DNA of 64,000 nucleotides from Dipteris shenzhenensis (taxonomy: Eukaryota): assembly GCA_047967505.1 (NCBI GenBank), contig CM106538.1. One strand, given 5' to 3'. The translations under genes were made by a program, and so were the position numbers. Position 1 is the first letter of the stretch. The number at the start of each line of letters is the position of its first letter. A model generated the notes under the pieces. It was not told where the DNA came from. It saw nothing but the letters and a program-made list of their open reading frames with translations, and searched no databases. Shown one piece after another: positions 50,262-63,479 of this stretch.

Positions 50262-53200
50262 TGAAAACCTATGAGCCTAGAACTTTATTGTTCTCTCGCT
50301 CATAGGTTTATTCTAGGCCCTAGTGTGTGTGTTCTCTGTCTATCTCTCCCTATCTCAGTTCATTTTGATTCCTTGAACAAATCTATTTCTGCTCCTCATC
50401 AGACAAAGCTATTAGATGTTTTTACCTATTATCTAGGAGAATTGAAATCTATACTGGTGATTATCTGCTACGAATCGAAGATCCAAGCTACGTTTCTACC
50501 AGGAGTGATTCGTTTTTTAGGGCTTCAAGGCTGATCACCAATTCGTTTCAGGGTTTCAAGGCTGAATACAAATTTGTTTTAGGGTTTTTGGTCCCGTTTC
50601 AATGGTATCAAAGCGAAGCATAACCACTTCCCTTGGTGGTGACAATCCAAGAACAAGAGAACTTTATGGAAGAGCGACTAATCTGCACGGATAGATTAAG
50701 TTGTTGATTCTGTAGTCTTATTGGAGGAGAGAAAGGCCCGTCAAGCTTCAAAACAAGTCCAGCCTTGATCTATTTCGACTCTTGAGTACACGACCCCAGA
50801 TTGCTCAAGTTGACGCTTGATCCTTTCCAATCACAAGGCAGCTCAGTAATTCAAGTTTTGATTTCAATCGCGGTTCATGTAGAGTCGGATTCCAGTGCTA
50901 TTGATGCATGGTTTGATCCAGAAATATATATTCAAAGATATATAGTGCTATGGTTTTAAAGAATTCTTAGATGGGACTAGTCACTAACCCGAGTATTGGA
51001 CATTGGTTCCCCCCTTCTGTCATTTAGGGAAACAAAAGAAACATATATTTGGAGCATATTATGCTCAAGTATTTGTGATAGATATATATACAGGTCAGTC
51101 ATCAGCCAAGCATTAACTTTTCTTCATGCTATGGGATACAGATCAGACATTTTCTATGGTCAAAAATCCTAAGCGGAAGTGCTAAGAAACCCAAGTATGT
51201 CGGCTTGTCATTGGATGAGTGGTTTTAGAGATGTTGTTGAACATCTAAAGCTAAGTATTTTCTTTCATGTTTATTAAGATTGAGATCTAACCCTTGTATT
51301 ATAATACAAGGAAAAGATGTGTGTTGTTTCTCTTTTTCAAGAAAACAAAGGTAGTACACACACTTGGTTTGATTAGATATCACAGTTATACTCCCATGGA
51401 TCTTAGCACTCTTTGTTGAAGTATTGGAAATAAAGAACATATGCCGAAGAAATATAGAGCTATGGAATTAATTTCTGTTACCGGAAACGTCGCATGTCCG
51501 TTATGAATATAGGAGAATATTAATACTTCAAGTATGATTTGGAAAGTTTGAGACCCCTCCATGTTTATATCTAACCAGCACGGCAAGTGCTTGGTGGGAG
51601 CACTTGTGCAGTGAATGGAATCTATTTCAGAATAGTTCTTTCCAAAGCAATCCCAAGAAGAGGTTCACACTAGTTGGAAACAATAACAATATGTCTGTAA
51701 ATCACTCCATGAGAGAAGACTCAAGGGGTCTCTCAAAAAAGAAGACAAAGAAAGGGTCCGAGAAATATATAAGGCTAAGTATCTCTTTTATGTTGATAAA
51801 GTTTGCCTTATGAAGATCTAATCCCTGTATGGCAATGCAAGGAGAATAGTGGATTGTTTTCTTGAATTTGTTTCAGGGAAACACTACTCATAAATGAGAA
51901 GTCCTTGAGAGCCTAATGCGACTTCAAGTATTGGTACAAGTGACCATTGGCCAAGTGTTTCTTTCTCTTATTTGGGAATTGAAGGTGGACTTGCAACCAA
52001 AGAAGTTGAGGGGGATACAGAGCCCTTGGAAGAAGCAGCCCGTCTTATTACAAAACAGTTGAAGTTATCTACAAGGGAAGAAGAAGCAATCAACTCCACA
52101 AGAAACAAGTCATGGATTTGCCAAGGAAAAGCACATGGTTTCTCCAAGAAAAAGGGCATGGATTTGCCAAGAAAAGAATGGCTCATGTCTGCCCAGTGCT
52201 CTTGAAGAGCACGAAATGCCAGATTCTCTGCAAGGAAAGCAAGTGCTTTAGATGCAAGGGAAGAAGGGCCCCAGTCTACTGGAAGGCTAGTTGGCCAAAA
52301 AAAGCAGAGAATGCCACAAGATTTATCTAAGTCAACCATCGGAAGTTACCAAATTCCAAGAGCCACCTAAGGTGGAAGAGATGGAGGAGAACCTCCAACT
52401 AGAATAGATTGCATACAGCACAGAGAAGAAAAGCACTTATCTGCACGGATCTTGCAAAGTACGTGAACTATTAGGGAATCGATGCCAAAAGAGGAGGTAT
52501 CCTCAAGTTTTACAGCCGTATCAAGAAGCTTTTCAATTGAGGACAACTAATTAGAAGCCGAGGGGACATCACCAATTGGTATTTTTCCCAAGAAGTAAAG
52601 AGGAGTAATTAGATTGACTTCGATCAAAGAACGTTGACTTTGGTTAACTAGAATATGTTTTATTGTTTTTATTTTGCTTTGCATTGGTAAAAGAACTGTG
52701 GAGACGACCACAAGGTACTAGGATTAGTCCAAGAACTAGGAATGCATGCATTTCACTAACCTTTAATGGGTTAAAGTGTAGGTGTTTTATCCTTTACATA
52801 TACATACATACATACATACATACATATACATACACACACACACACATGTTTTGTACGACAGTACAAAAAAGCTCGCAAATTATGGAGCAAGTGCCCAAAA
52901 GCAAGTCCCACAAGACCAAAAAGCATCAGGGAGATGGCGCCATTAAAGAAGACCTCACAGGGCTCTAGAAAGGGCTTAAAAAGTGGCTCGACCATGGGCA
53001 AAAAGCAAGAAAGTCTATTTTTGTAAAAAGTAGCTATTAAAAGCGGCTCTAGCTTTTTGCTGGTCTAAGTCTATAAAAGAAGGGCCTCAAGGCTCCCTGA
53101 TCATTCCTAATGCTCTTTTAAGAGCCAGTGTACAAAGTTTATTCTATTGCAATAAAGACCTTCGAGGGGGTCCATCCCTTATTTCTGGGCCCTAGTGTGT

Positions 53201-53444
53201 GTGTTCTCTGTTCTTTCTCTCCCTCTCTCTGTTCATTTTGATTCCTTGAAGAAATATGCTGTTGCTCCTCGTCAGATGAAGCTATCAGATGGTATTTTTC
53301 CCTGAAATTCTGCTGCCAATCGAAGATCCAGACTGCGTTTCTACAAGAGTGATTCTTTTTTAGGGTTTCAAGGCTGATCACCGATTCATTTTAGGGTTTC
53401 CAAGTTGAATAGAGATCCGTTTTAGGGTTTCTGGTCCGGTTTCA
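50262..53444 (+). mobile_element. Old, apparently non-coding LTR element
   Basis: Diverged direct repeats at ~50308-50601 and ~53180-53444 both end GGTCC(C/G)GTTTCA. PBS-like TGGTATCAAAGC at 50603. LTR starts and TSD are not resolved. Confidence 0.6.
52796..52846. repeat. (TACA)n/(CA)n microsatellite
   Basis: tacatatacatacatacatacatacatacatatacatacacacacacacaca. Confidence 0.9.
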
Positions 53445-53449
53445 GAACC

Positions 53450-56000
53450 CCTCTCTCTCTAGCCTCCTCAAGAGCCTCTACTGCTATCTCCTAGCCCACT
53501 GTTGTTGGAGCCTCTGCTATCTCTGTTGCTGTCCTCCCTGCTGAGAGCCCTCCTTCAGAGGACGTCCCCGTCTCTCTTGATGTACTCACAAGACAAGTAT
53601 GTCTACTCTTGTGGAAAAATGTCCCTATTGTCTACAACCATGGATGTCGAAAGGCAAAATGCAGGATGGTAGGTCCTCCACTCTGACTACTTGGATGGAA
53701 GAAACAAAGGGCTAATCCCCTCTAGCCAAATTTGCAAAAGATCTATCCCTATCGACCACATGACCAAAGCTCTGTTGAGAGTTGTGGTGCCATGAGCACT
53801 TGTAGAGCAAAGGTATGAGTAAAGGGAAAGCTGCCACATGGCATGGAGGAGATATCCCACATGTGAGCAAGCAAATGGATGTAAGTACCCTCACCTATAA
53901 AAGGGAGGTTCATTTGAAGGAATATCAATCAAGCACTTTGCACTATCTCAAGATTCTCTTTATGAGTCCAAGCTAATCTATCTTGGAACCTAATTGACTT
54001 GAGATACATGTCATGAGCACTCTCTTCATCATGTTTCCACATAGGTTCCATCCACCTTAGAGCGCTCCATAGATCCTGAGGCACACGTGTTTTGTCATGG
54101 TATCAGAGCGTAGGTTTAGCTCTCCTAGTTTAGCTCATTAGTAGTTCACTAGGATTGCTTCCATTCCTAGATTAGTAGTAGGCATGTCTTAGGAGCTCAT
54201 GTTTTTCTCCTAGGTTAGTTTTTTGTTCTAGATTAAGGGAGAGTTCTGTCCATCTGAGATTGAAAGGTTTCCGTTCATCTTCTTCAATTCAATTCATTGT
54301 TTCTTTGAGAGACATTGTGTGTGTAAGAGAGAGAGTATTTTCTTCTTCATTTTGACTTGAGAGATGTGAGAATGAGATTTTCAAAGTTTTGAGAGGTGTA
54401 ATGTGAGGAGTTTTGCTTCTTTGACTTTCAAACTACAACTGAGGTGGCCTATCTACAACATCTAAGCTCCTATCTACGAAGGAGAAGTGACTAGCAGCAT
54501 GACAATGCAGGCGACAACAAGCACAAATTCCTCATAATCCTCGTGAGACAACACGTGAAGGTGATCGTTCCGAACTCTAAAATGCATCGCAGATGATGCC
54601 CTTCCTTCTTCTTCGGTGCTAGGAGAGCCATCAGACTTCATCCGCCCATTGCGGAGGTGCCTCTCCTAAGAGACAACAGAGGTGCTAGAAGAAAGGCCCT
54701 CTGATAAGCTTTTTGCCTCCTTGCTTGTGCTGTTGGCCTCGGAGGCTGCAGAGCGCGCTACAGAGCTCCAAGGAGAGTTCTGCCACTCGAAGAAATTGTG
54801 ACGGCTCTCAACAAACGAGCCCCTCAACAGCCCGTAAGTCAAGGCGGCCTCTATGCGACGACCTCTGAGCTTCCCCGCCATTAGCTCCATACGATCAACA
54901 ACTCTCACGGCCAACCAGCGACTCCAGCAACGAACACAGATACGGTCTCCAGCAAATAGTACCCATTCTCATCTTTGAGCCTACAGACTCCACAAGCACC
55001 GCTGCTCACGGCTCTACAAACAGACGAACCAGGCTCTAGAGGTAGGAGCCAACGGACAGCCAGCCACGCCAAACCTCTCCAACCTCAACCTGCGACTCAG
55101 CATATATAGCTTCATGAGCCAAAAGGTGACATCAATGGAATGTATTGAAAAGCAAAAACCTTGCCAACCTTGCCTATATTTTGTAATCAAACCTGACCAC
55201 CTGAGAGTAGCTATGAAAGCACCCAGGGGAGGTATTGACATGTAAATCACACTTTACCACCTTAAGTAGCATGCATGCACTAAGGGGAGGTGATGGATTT
55301 GTAACTCACATCTGACCACCTTGCAGTAGCCAAAGGATCATGGCACCAAGGGGAGGTGTTGAGAGTTGTGGTGCCATGAGCACTTGTAGAGCAAAGGTAT
55401 GAGTAAAGGGAAAGCTGCCACATGGCATGGAGGAGATATCCCACATGTGAGCAAGCAAATGGATGTAAGTACCCTCACCTATAAAAGGGAGGTTCATTTG
55501 AAGGAATATCAATCAAGCACTTTGCACTATCTCAAGATTCTCTTTATGAGTCCAAGCTAATCTATCTTGGAACCTAATTGACTTGAGATACATGTCATGA
55601 GCACTCTCTTCATCATGTTTCCACATAGGTTCCATCCACCTTAGAGCGCTCCATAGATCCTGAGGCACACGTGTTTTGTCAAGCTCTGCCCTATCTCATG
55701 GATGTGCGCTAAAACTCTGTATGAAGCCCAAGAAAGGATATATTGGCCATTAAGCCACTGGCCCTAAAGCTAAGAAGCCATGTCCCTATACTCACTTGGC
55801 AAAAAGCCAATCGCTGTATGCAGATTAATATGGCTCCATATAAGAACCTCCTCTAAATGCTCTAGTCTGCCAAACTAAATGTGATAGCATCCTTTTCCAA
55901 GGGGAAAAACTCCGGTAATGCTAGCAGTGGAGCCTGCCAAAGCCTCCTAAAGATCATTCCTCGAAGGACCTTGAGCCAGGCGATTGCCGATCAAGCAGTA
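53450..56000 (-). mobile_element. Degenerate LINE ORF1 fragment interrupted by the 53773-55681 element
   Basis: After removing the insertion and one TSD copy, the minus strand reads HEIGQSFGHVVDRD...EDLPSCIL, resembling SIGRAFGTVLE...ESLPELIL of the LINE ORF1 at 35.2 kb. Confidence 0.4.
53773..55681 (+). mobile_element. Young non-autonomous LTR element (TRIM/LARD-like), 1909 bp
   Basis: The 325-bp LTRs 53773-54097 and 55357-55681 are identical by eye. TSD AGCTC, PBS TGGTATCAGAGC at 54098, PPT AAGGGGAGG. No gag or pol. Confidence 0.96.
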
Positions 56001-57779
56001 CGCCAATGAAGAAGCCTCCATGGCAGAAATCTTCTTTCAAATGGATGACCAGGTGGGGTTGAGTGACAGCGGCAGAGTCCTCAAGCTCATGTAGACCTAG
56101 ATCCATCTGGTTCTCTCCCCTGCAAACCAGTGGTACCTGCTAGGGATGTAGTCAAAGAAAAGGTAATGGCTGACATATGGCAGATGTGACAGAATCTTGC
56201 TGGTGATGACTCACGAGCAGAAAAAGTGGTCAGAGCAATTGATAAGGAGAAAGAAATGAATGGCACGAGTAGGGATAGGCTACCAGAAGGTGAGTAAAAA
56301 ACTCTAGAGGAAGGCGATGGCAGAAAAATTAGCCTCTTCTATGCTTTTGCAAGAGATTTCCCCAAGATTCATCAGTGCCACAGCAGTAAATGTGAGTTTC
56401 TCATGCTTCTGAATTCTGATGCAGATGAAAAGGCCATTGCTGGCGTCACCATAGATGGAGAAAGGAAGGAAGAATCATCCCTTGAAAATGCAAGCATGCT
56501 CGTAAGATTTTGAGATAGAAGTTCAAGTGGCGGTGGTGACTCACAACTTGATGAAGATGAATTCTTCAACGACTCCTGCCCCTTTCTGCCATGTGCATTC
56601 AAGGGAAATGTAGCCCCCAAAGAACATCTACTGCCGCAACCGCACAAATCCTTTACTGTTTTTTTAAATAAGCTCAAAATTGGTGAAGATTGGTATTTGG
56701 TTTCATGACCTGCCTAATTCTTGTTTATCTCTCTCAGTGGTTGATTTGGTTGATCGAGCTTGAAGCAAGGTCCTTAGGGAGTCCGTCACCGCCATCGCTG
56801 CCCACCCTCCTTTGCACGTCTTCTTTGCTACTGAGACTGCTTCATTACTAGATTTGGTAGATCGTCCAACTTGAAGCAAATCCTTAAGGATTCCATCACC
56901 ACCATCATTGCCTATCCTCCCGCTTGATAGCCACTTGCATCCAGTGAATCACATAGTTCACCTTTAATTGGCTGCCGGTGGGGAGGATGATCGAGGGCAC
57001 TCATGCAGACCTGCAGCCGGAGCTTGCAGCTGAGGTCGCCTTCTCCAGCAAATACTTGGGAATAGAGACCTCTTCCATAACCATTAAGCACAATGGACAG
57101 ACTTCACAATGGAATTGCAAGATGAATGCAGGAAAGTCTCTGGCACTTAATTGAAAAGGAGCATCACTCGTATCTGTTAAGCAGTTTTCCGCCACTGTGA
57201 GTGTGCAAGGCCTGGCCTCCTCTCTACAACATCTTCCATAAAAGTCCACGGAGCCATTGCAGTCTCTTTGCATTCATCATGCATGCACCTTGTTCCTTCT
57301 AATAATCAAAAGACATGCAGCGGGAGAAAAGAGAGGATGAAAGTAATCATAGAAAAAATTGCAATGCCACCATGCCTTATTGCAAGCTGCTATCAAAGCT
57401 TTGAGATACCCCAAAAATGTCCTTGGAGAATCCGGTGCTTCCTCGTGAAATGAAAAATAGTTCAGCAAGCTTTTTAGCACAGGTAAGGGGGGAGGGGGTG
57501 GACGGGGGGTGAGAAAACAAGAAAGTTTATTATAGTATTCGAAAGACTGAAGGGTCTACAGGACTGAAGACAACCGGATACAATCAGAAAACAAAAGGGG
57601 TATCCAGTAAGGCAGGCATCCACAACCAAGACTGATATCTGAGACCATAAAAAGAGAGAGAATAGGTATCTAGATACACCGCAGTGTCTCTGCAGAAGGA
57701 GAGACAGTGCTTGCACAAATCAACTTTGAGTTTAAAAAGGAAGTTCTCACAAAATGGAAAGAATGATTGAAAATCTTAC

Positions 57780-58027
57780 CTCTGCAGCAGATCTCAGAAG
57801 CTTCCTCATTGCAGGTACTATTCACCAATGGATATCTGACCAAAGCCACTGACAAAGCCTTGATAATAAAAGGCATGTATGTAAGCTTAATGCCCTTTTC
57901 TAGAAAAACATCTTTTAGATTGCTCCTCAAGGTGACAAGAGCACCAACATCAAGGTCATCCACAAGGTGAAAATGTGGAATTGCAGCAGCTGCTGTCATT
58001 GCTTTCACCATGATCCGCTGATAACCC
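57780..58027 (-). CDS. BCE2: BCKDH E2 exon, start of the catalytic domain
   Basis: GYQRIMVKAMTAAAAIPHFHLVDD..KLTYMPFIIKALSVALVRYPLVNS..CCR. TAG acceptor and GTAAG donor; 248 bp with consistent phases. Confidence 0.95.
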
Positions 58028-58201
58028 CTATAGCAGATTAAAGAGTCAAAAATAGGCTATTACATTGACATAAGCTAAAACTTTCAAGTAAAATAACTTA
58101 TTGACTGAATGGAAATGGATCATTTCCCCACTAACCACAGGCCTGCCAATATGAACAGGTCACGATTTCATTATACAAGCAAGAAAGGACTGCATGTATA
58201 C

Positions 58202-58662
58202 CTCACATGGATTATTTTATCTTCAGGGAGGAGGCTTTCCATTTTCTTGTTAACACATGGTACAGCTCCTGGTTCTATCTGGCTTGAATGACAAGATTCT
58301 TCAGCCTGGTTAGACTGGGGGGCAAGCTCAGGTTTTGGAGCGATTTCAGACAATGCTGCCAATTCCTGATTCAATCCCTCTTTATTTGCAATATGTTTCA
58401 TCAAATCCTCCTTAAGTATCCTTCCATCTTTTCCAGAGCCTGAAACATCCTCCAATTTTATACCATATTGCCGAGCAAAATGGCGAAGTGTAGGAGTTGC
58501 AAGTACTTTCTTGTTTACCTCATCGTCATAACCAGCAGACCGATCATGTGAAGAGAGCAAACTATCTTCTTTTGCATCTGAAATTTGTTCATTTGAGGGT
58601 TTTTGACCAACCTGCGTAAGTTTATTTGTGCCACCAACCAGCTCCAATAATGATTCTCCAAC
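58202..58662 (-). CDS. BCE2: BCKDH E2 exon (end of lipoyl domain, linker, E1/E3-binding domain)
   Basis: VGESLLEL...KVLATPTLRHFARQYGIKLEDVSGSGKDGRILKEDLMKH...DKIIHV(R). CAG and GTATAC boundaries; 461 bp. Upstream exons were not found in the window. Confidence 0.93.
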
Positions 58663-59945
58663 CTGTGTGACACATCCAAGGCGCATATAAAAACCAAGAA
58701 CCCTGAAAATTGCAACCAAAGTAAAGACAAATATATGAAAATATGGCATCTTTAAAGGCTCTCTCAACTATTTAGGGCCCAGAATTTATTATCTTTTTGA
58801 AATCCACAATTAATATGGGTACTCCTACCTTCCAGTCTATATTAAAGGATATATATATTGCCAACTTTCCATACATCAAAGCGGGTTACAAAATCAGCCT
58901 GCAATAAACAGACTTCCTGGTAAGCATATCTGCATGTAATGATATGTGGCCAGGATGCACCCAGTGAGGGTGGAAATAGAATATTTCAAAATTATCATCT
59001 CATCAGAATTGAGGGAAAGTCTTTTATGTTTTCAGACTTTGAGGATAGTTATCTGTTATCTAAACAATTGCAGAAACGCAATAACACAGCTACTGAGGAA
59101 TTTGGAAACCCTTAGATGTAGACTCATCAAAGTGATTCACACTAGAAGGACAATAGCATGGTTTAAATTTGGACCAGGAGAGCTCCAGAGCAACACCATT
59201 TTTGTGATTCCTAGTAGCTCTTACTCATACATTGTGAAAACTTCTAAGTCCATTTCTGAGCTGGAGGAGTAATCTTAAATCTGGACATGTAAACTTAAAA
59301 GCTCCTTAGATTGTTGATGTTTTCAATATAAGTCTTTTGGAAGGGAGACTACCACAAGCGCCTTCTATTTTGTCATATCCTGATGCCTGTTAACGGTTTT
59401 TTCCTATTTGACTCCAAAATGCCAAGTCACCCTTTGGGCACGCGCACTCAAATCTGAAAAGAAACAACAATAAACCCTTCTGTTTTGCTCTACTTCTGGT
59501 CATTTCAGATTGAAATGTAGGATACTTTCACATAAAGATGCCAGACGCTTTCATATTCCATGTAAGCACTCTCAGTCTACAATAGGGCAAGGACACTCTT
59601 TGTGGCCATGGCTGGATGGCATTCGCTTGTAGTGCTGCATCCAAGTAGATTCACCATTCAAACTTAGGGGTGCGCAATACCAAGGTGCCCCTTCAGCTAC
59701 CTGTAATTCTCTTATGACAGGCTTTAGTCCATGCAGCTTCAGGTTTGTCACACACAGAAGGCGAGACTCCATAGCTCATCACTCTCTTGCATCATGATCT
59801 TCAATGCTATCTGCAGTGTGTGCATTTGATGCATGCAACTTGCCGTGCTTAAGGAAGACACTTTGCCAAATTTGCTTTGCAATGTTGTGCTGCTTGGCAT
59901 TGTATTTAGATCATGATATGAGCTAACTTGTGCCAGAAAATGATT

Positions 59946-61060
59946 TGTTGGATTAATAGGTCCAATGACACACCTGTGGGCCCCCAAAGGAAGATACAGG
60001 AGCCTCAGCGTAGATGCATCAGTAGGGGATGGGATGAGGCTTCCATGTGGGCAGCAACATGGCTGCACACATGGACAGCAGACAGAGTTCCTTCTAAATG
60101 TTGATTTGGGGCAAGGGGGCACTCTGGTCAGCAAATTGGACTGACAGTATGCCCAGGATGTGGGCTGATTGTGGGGCTGTGTGCAGTCCAGCCAATGGCC
60201 CATGGACAGGGTCAGCAGGACAGCACCACAGATCTGGTCGGCAGACTCAGCACAAACAGGTTGGCAGTGCAGCAATAGAAGGTACGGCAATTGGAGCAGC
60301 ATGGTCAGAGCTTTTGCAGGACCTGGAGAAGACTGTGCTGTAGAGAGGATATCAGAAGATAGGCACCTGCAAAATGGACCTATATATATAGGAAACAGTG
60401 TGGTTGGTTGGCTATACTGGGTTGGCTGGCAGACTGCCAGGTCAGACAGCCTGTTACAAGAAGGCCCTTGCCCTATATCAGGAGCCCCACTTGAGGGTTC
60501 CACGTATTCCAGTAGTCTCAACCTGCAGGTCACATTTCAGGGAAAGGACCAGAGGGATCAAGGGATCCACACCTACAGTCCCAGACATCTAGAGTACACC
60601 TTGGTGCAGACCTTCACACTGTGGAAGACCATAACGTGGTGCAATGGGGCGGACTTCGTCTTCAGAGAACTTGTGAGAAGACTTTGCAGGAGTGCTCAAC
60701 CTAGAGCAGCCGCTGAGGTCCAATTGAGGACACGCGGTGATCTAGGAGAGGTCTACAACAGTTTCATCAGCAAACAGAGCCTGTTCTTGGTGCCTTACCT
60801 CAGCATTGGTTTCCTGATAGTGTTGTCACAGTTTTGGCTAGATTTTGTACATGGACATTACCTCTCTTAATGAGATTAGTTTGGCTAAATATCTGTGTGT
60901 ATTTTGAGTTCTCCATATCTGAAGTGCTTCCTCTCTATAAATACATGCATGGATTGAGTCGCATTCAAGTTTTTGTTTTGAGATCTCAAGGCTTTCTTTA
61001 TTCCATTGTGTATGGGTTGGCTGTAGCAAATAATCCTTTCCTCTAACATGGTATCAGAGC
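59946..61060 (+). mobile_element. 5' LTR and PBS of a truncated LTR retrotransposon
   Basis: ..CTCTAACA at 61048 is directly followed by TGGTATCAGAGC. The candidate start TGTTGG at 59946 is tentative. Confidence 0.55.
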
Positions 61061-61434
61061 AAAGCATCTGAAAAGCCCGCATTTCTTGGAGATCAACACC
61101 AAACTCAAGTGGAGACCTTGCCAAGGAGGGAGGAGATCCATATTTAGGTGTGTTGTGAATAACTTGCCGTGATTGCAGAAAATAGCCAAAAAGACTTCAG
61201 GTCATCTACACCCTGCCATGGGATCCAATTTACTCATTTTGAACTTCGATGAGTCTAGAAGCTTGACAGAACAAACTGTCTGTCACCAAGTTGTAAATAC
61301 TCCAAGCCAAAGTTCCAGTTGACCATTTATTTGATCATGATTATAGAGTCCTTCATTTATACGAAATTGAAGGGCAATGAAACTCTCTCTTCATATAAAC
61401 GATGGAATTGAAAACTCTCTTCAATCTCTCTCTA

Positions 61435-62683
61435 TGAAAACGAAGGGCAATGAAACTTTGTCTTCACGACGTAAACGATGGAATTGAAAACTCTCTTCAA
61501 TCTCTCTCTCACTCCCTCTCTCTGCACAGCATTAGGGCCCAGAACCCAAGCAGGCTGGACCCCCCCGAAGGTATTTTATTTCAGTAAAAGAGGGAGTACA
61601 AAAAAAAGTTCTCAGCTCACAGGCTGCTCCTCTTCATGCGTGAAGTTCCCTTTACAAAAAAGTTCTCAGCTCACAGGCTGCTCCTCTTCATACGTGAAGT
61701 TCCCTTTACAAAGAGCTCTCAACTCTCAATTTCTTGGCAACATGCCACATGGCATAAGCCTAGCCTAAATCATAGTTATATTCCTCAAAGGGCAACTCTG
61801 GACCTTTCATAGCACTTGGTCACACAGAGGATCTCCTAATTGCTTGCTAAGCTCCGTAAGGCTATGAGTTTTCAACCTGACCACGTCAGCAAGTTGCTTG
61901 TACTGCCACAAGAGAAGTACTGGAACCAGTTTCAAATCAACATTGCAAACCAACAAGCTGGCCCAGCTACCACATCAGCTCTATACCTGCACTGACTGCT
62001 CTCCCACATCAGCATTTCTCACATGCATGTCACATGTCAATCAGCTTTCTCGTATGGCGTTTCAACTCCGATCGGTGAGTTTTGGCTTTGATTAAGGCGC
62101 CTTGACCTTCGGTCAAAGCCCCTTCATTACGGTCAAGAGGGTTGACCTCGGTCAACCAGAGTATTTTCTATGTTATGAGAGCATGTTTGCTTGGTGGGGA
62201 CGCCCACAGATTAGTCTAGAGTTTATTTTTGCATGCAAGCACTAACAATTAATGGGTGCCATGGTTGTGTGTTTCAATTCATTGTTGCAGGTACCAAGAG
62301 GGGTTGAAAACCCAAAGCCTCATGGAGCTTAGCAAGCAATCAGGAGATACTCCATGTGACCAAGTGCTATGAAATTTCCAGAGTTGTCCTTTGAGGCATG
62401 TAGCTAGGATTTCAGCTAGGATTATGACAAGTGGCATGTGGCCAAGTAAGTGAGAGCTGAGAGCTTTTGTAAAGGGAACTTCACGTATGAAGAGGAGCAG
62501 CTTGTGAGCTGAGAGCTTTCTTTGTACTTTCTTTTACTGAAACACAATACCTTCGGGGGGGTCCAGCCTGTTTGGGTTCTGGGCCCTAATGTTGTGCCAA
62601 GAGAGGGAGTGAGAGAGAGATTGAAGAGAGTTTTCAATTCCATCGTCTACATGAAGAGAGAGCTTCATTGCCCTTCGTTTTCA
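61435..62683. repeat. Large inverted repeat (arms ~61435-61878 and ~62302-62683, spacer ~420 bp)
   Basis: The arms are reverse complements and give mirrored ORFs MELKTLFNLSLTPSL.. on both strands. Termini are TGAAAACG...CGTTTTCA. Confidence 0.9.
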
Positions 62684-63479
62684 CTATCCTATATGGAAAG
62701 TTAGCGTTCGCAGTCATCTAGTGGCCAGGGAAATCTGGGAGGTGACGAAAGGTACGGAGCAGAAACGTGTCAATTTTGGATGCCACAAGGAAGATCTCAG
62801 TTTCAGTAGATCCAAATAAGGTGAAAGAAAAATGAAAGAAAGAAAGTCAAAGGAGAGGAACTTGAGGAATGCAGTTGCTCTTTCCATAATATTCTGAATA
62901 ACTATGGATTCGGTAATATGAGGTTGGAAGATTGTTACTAGCAACACTGCCTAGCACATTTGGAGATCCGGATGTATTGAGGCTTTAGACGGCACCTAAA
63001 TCCGCCCTACTCATACCATGGCTAGCATCTAGATAGATATTGCACATCTGGTCTATGATGTAGTGGCCTTGGTGGCCATTTGGTCTATGATGTAGGGGTC
63101 TTCAAGATTTGCTTTGGCCAAGAGAACGCTTTTTCTTAGAAAGTGGAGAGGCAATCCTTTCTTCTCTAAGTCACTTATTGGCCTGATGAGGCACTTTCAG
63201 CCACAGTCTTGGTTCCTTCAAGATTTGCATATCCTTATATATTTTCAATGGCACCTTACCACTTGTTTCTCATGCTCCATATGATGTATCTATGCCTTGA
63301 ATTCTGTGATCTTGGCTGTTCCTATCGTACATAATAGCAGTAATTTTAATGAAAAAATAAAAGTAGTAGAAGTCTTTCATACATAATAGAAGTCTTTTTG
63401 AAGAAAATTAAAAATAACACATAGGTTAGTTGGCTGCCCTTCAATGACTGCAAGCCTAGATGAGGAAGTAGCGGGAATC

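Larger units (their letters stand above)
29304..57779 (-). other. 28,476-bp GT-AG intron of BCE2 filled with nested transposons
   Basis: Donor G|GTAAG at 57779 and acceptor CAG|GT at 29304 join ..CCR-G-AHNVG in frame. Confidence 0.9.

Noticed and set aside
59748-60870. Overlapping 261-aa and 233-aa ORFs on opposite strands
   Set aside because: No recognisable domain; they lie largely within an LTR-like region ending at a PBS.
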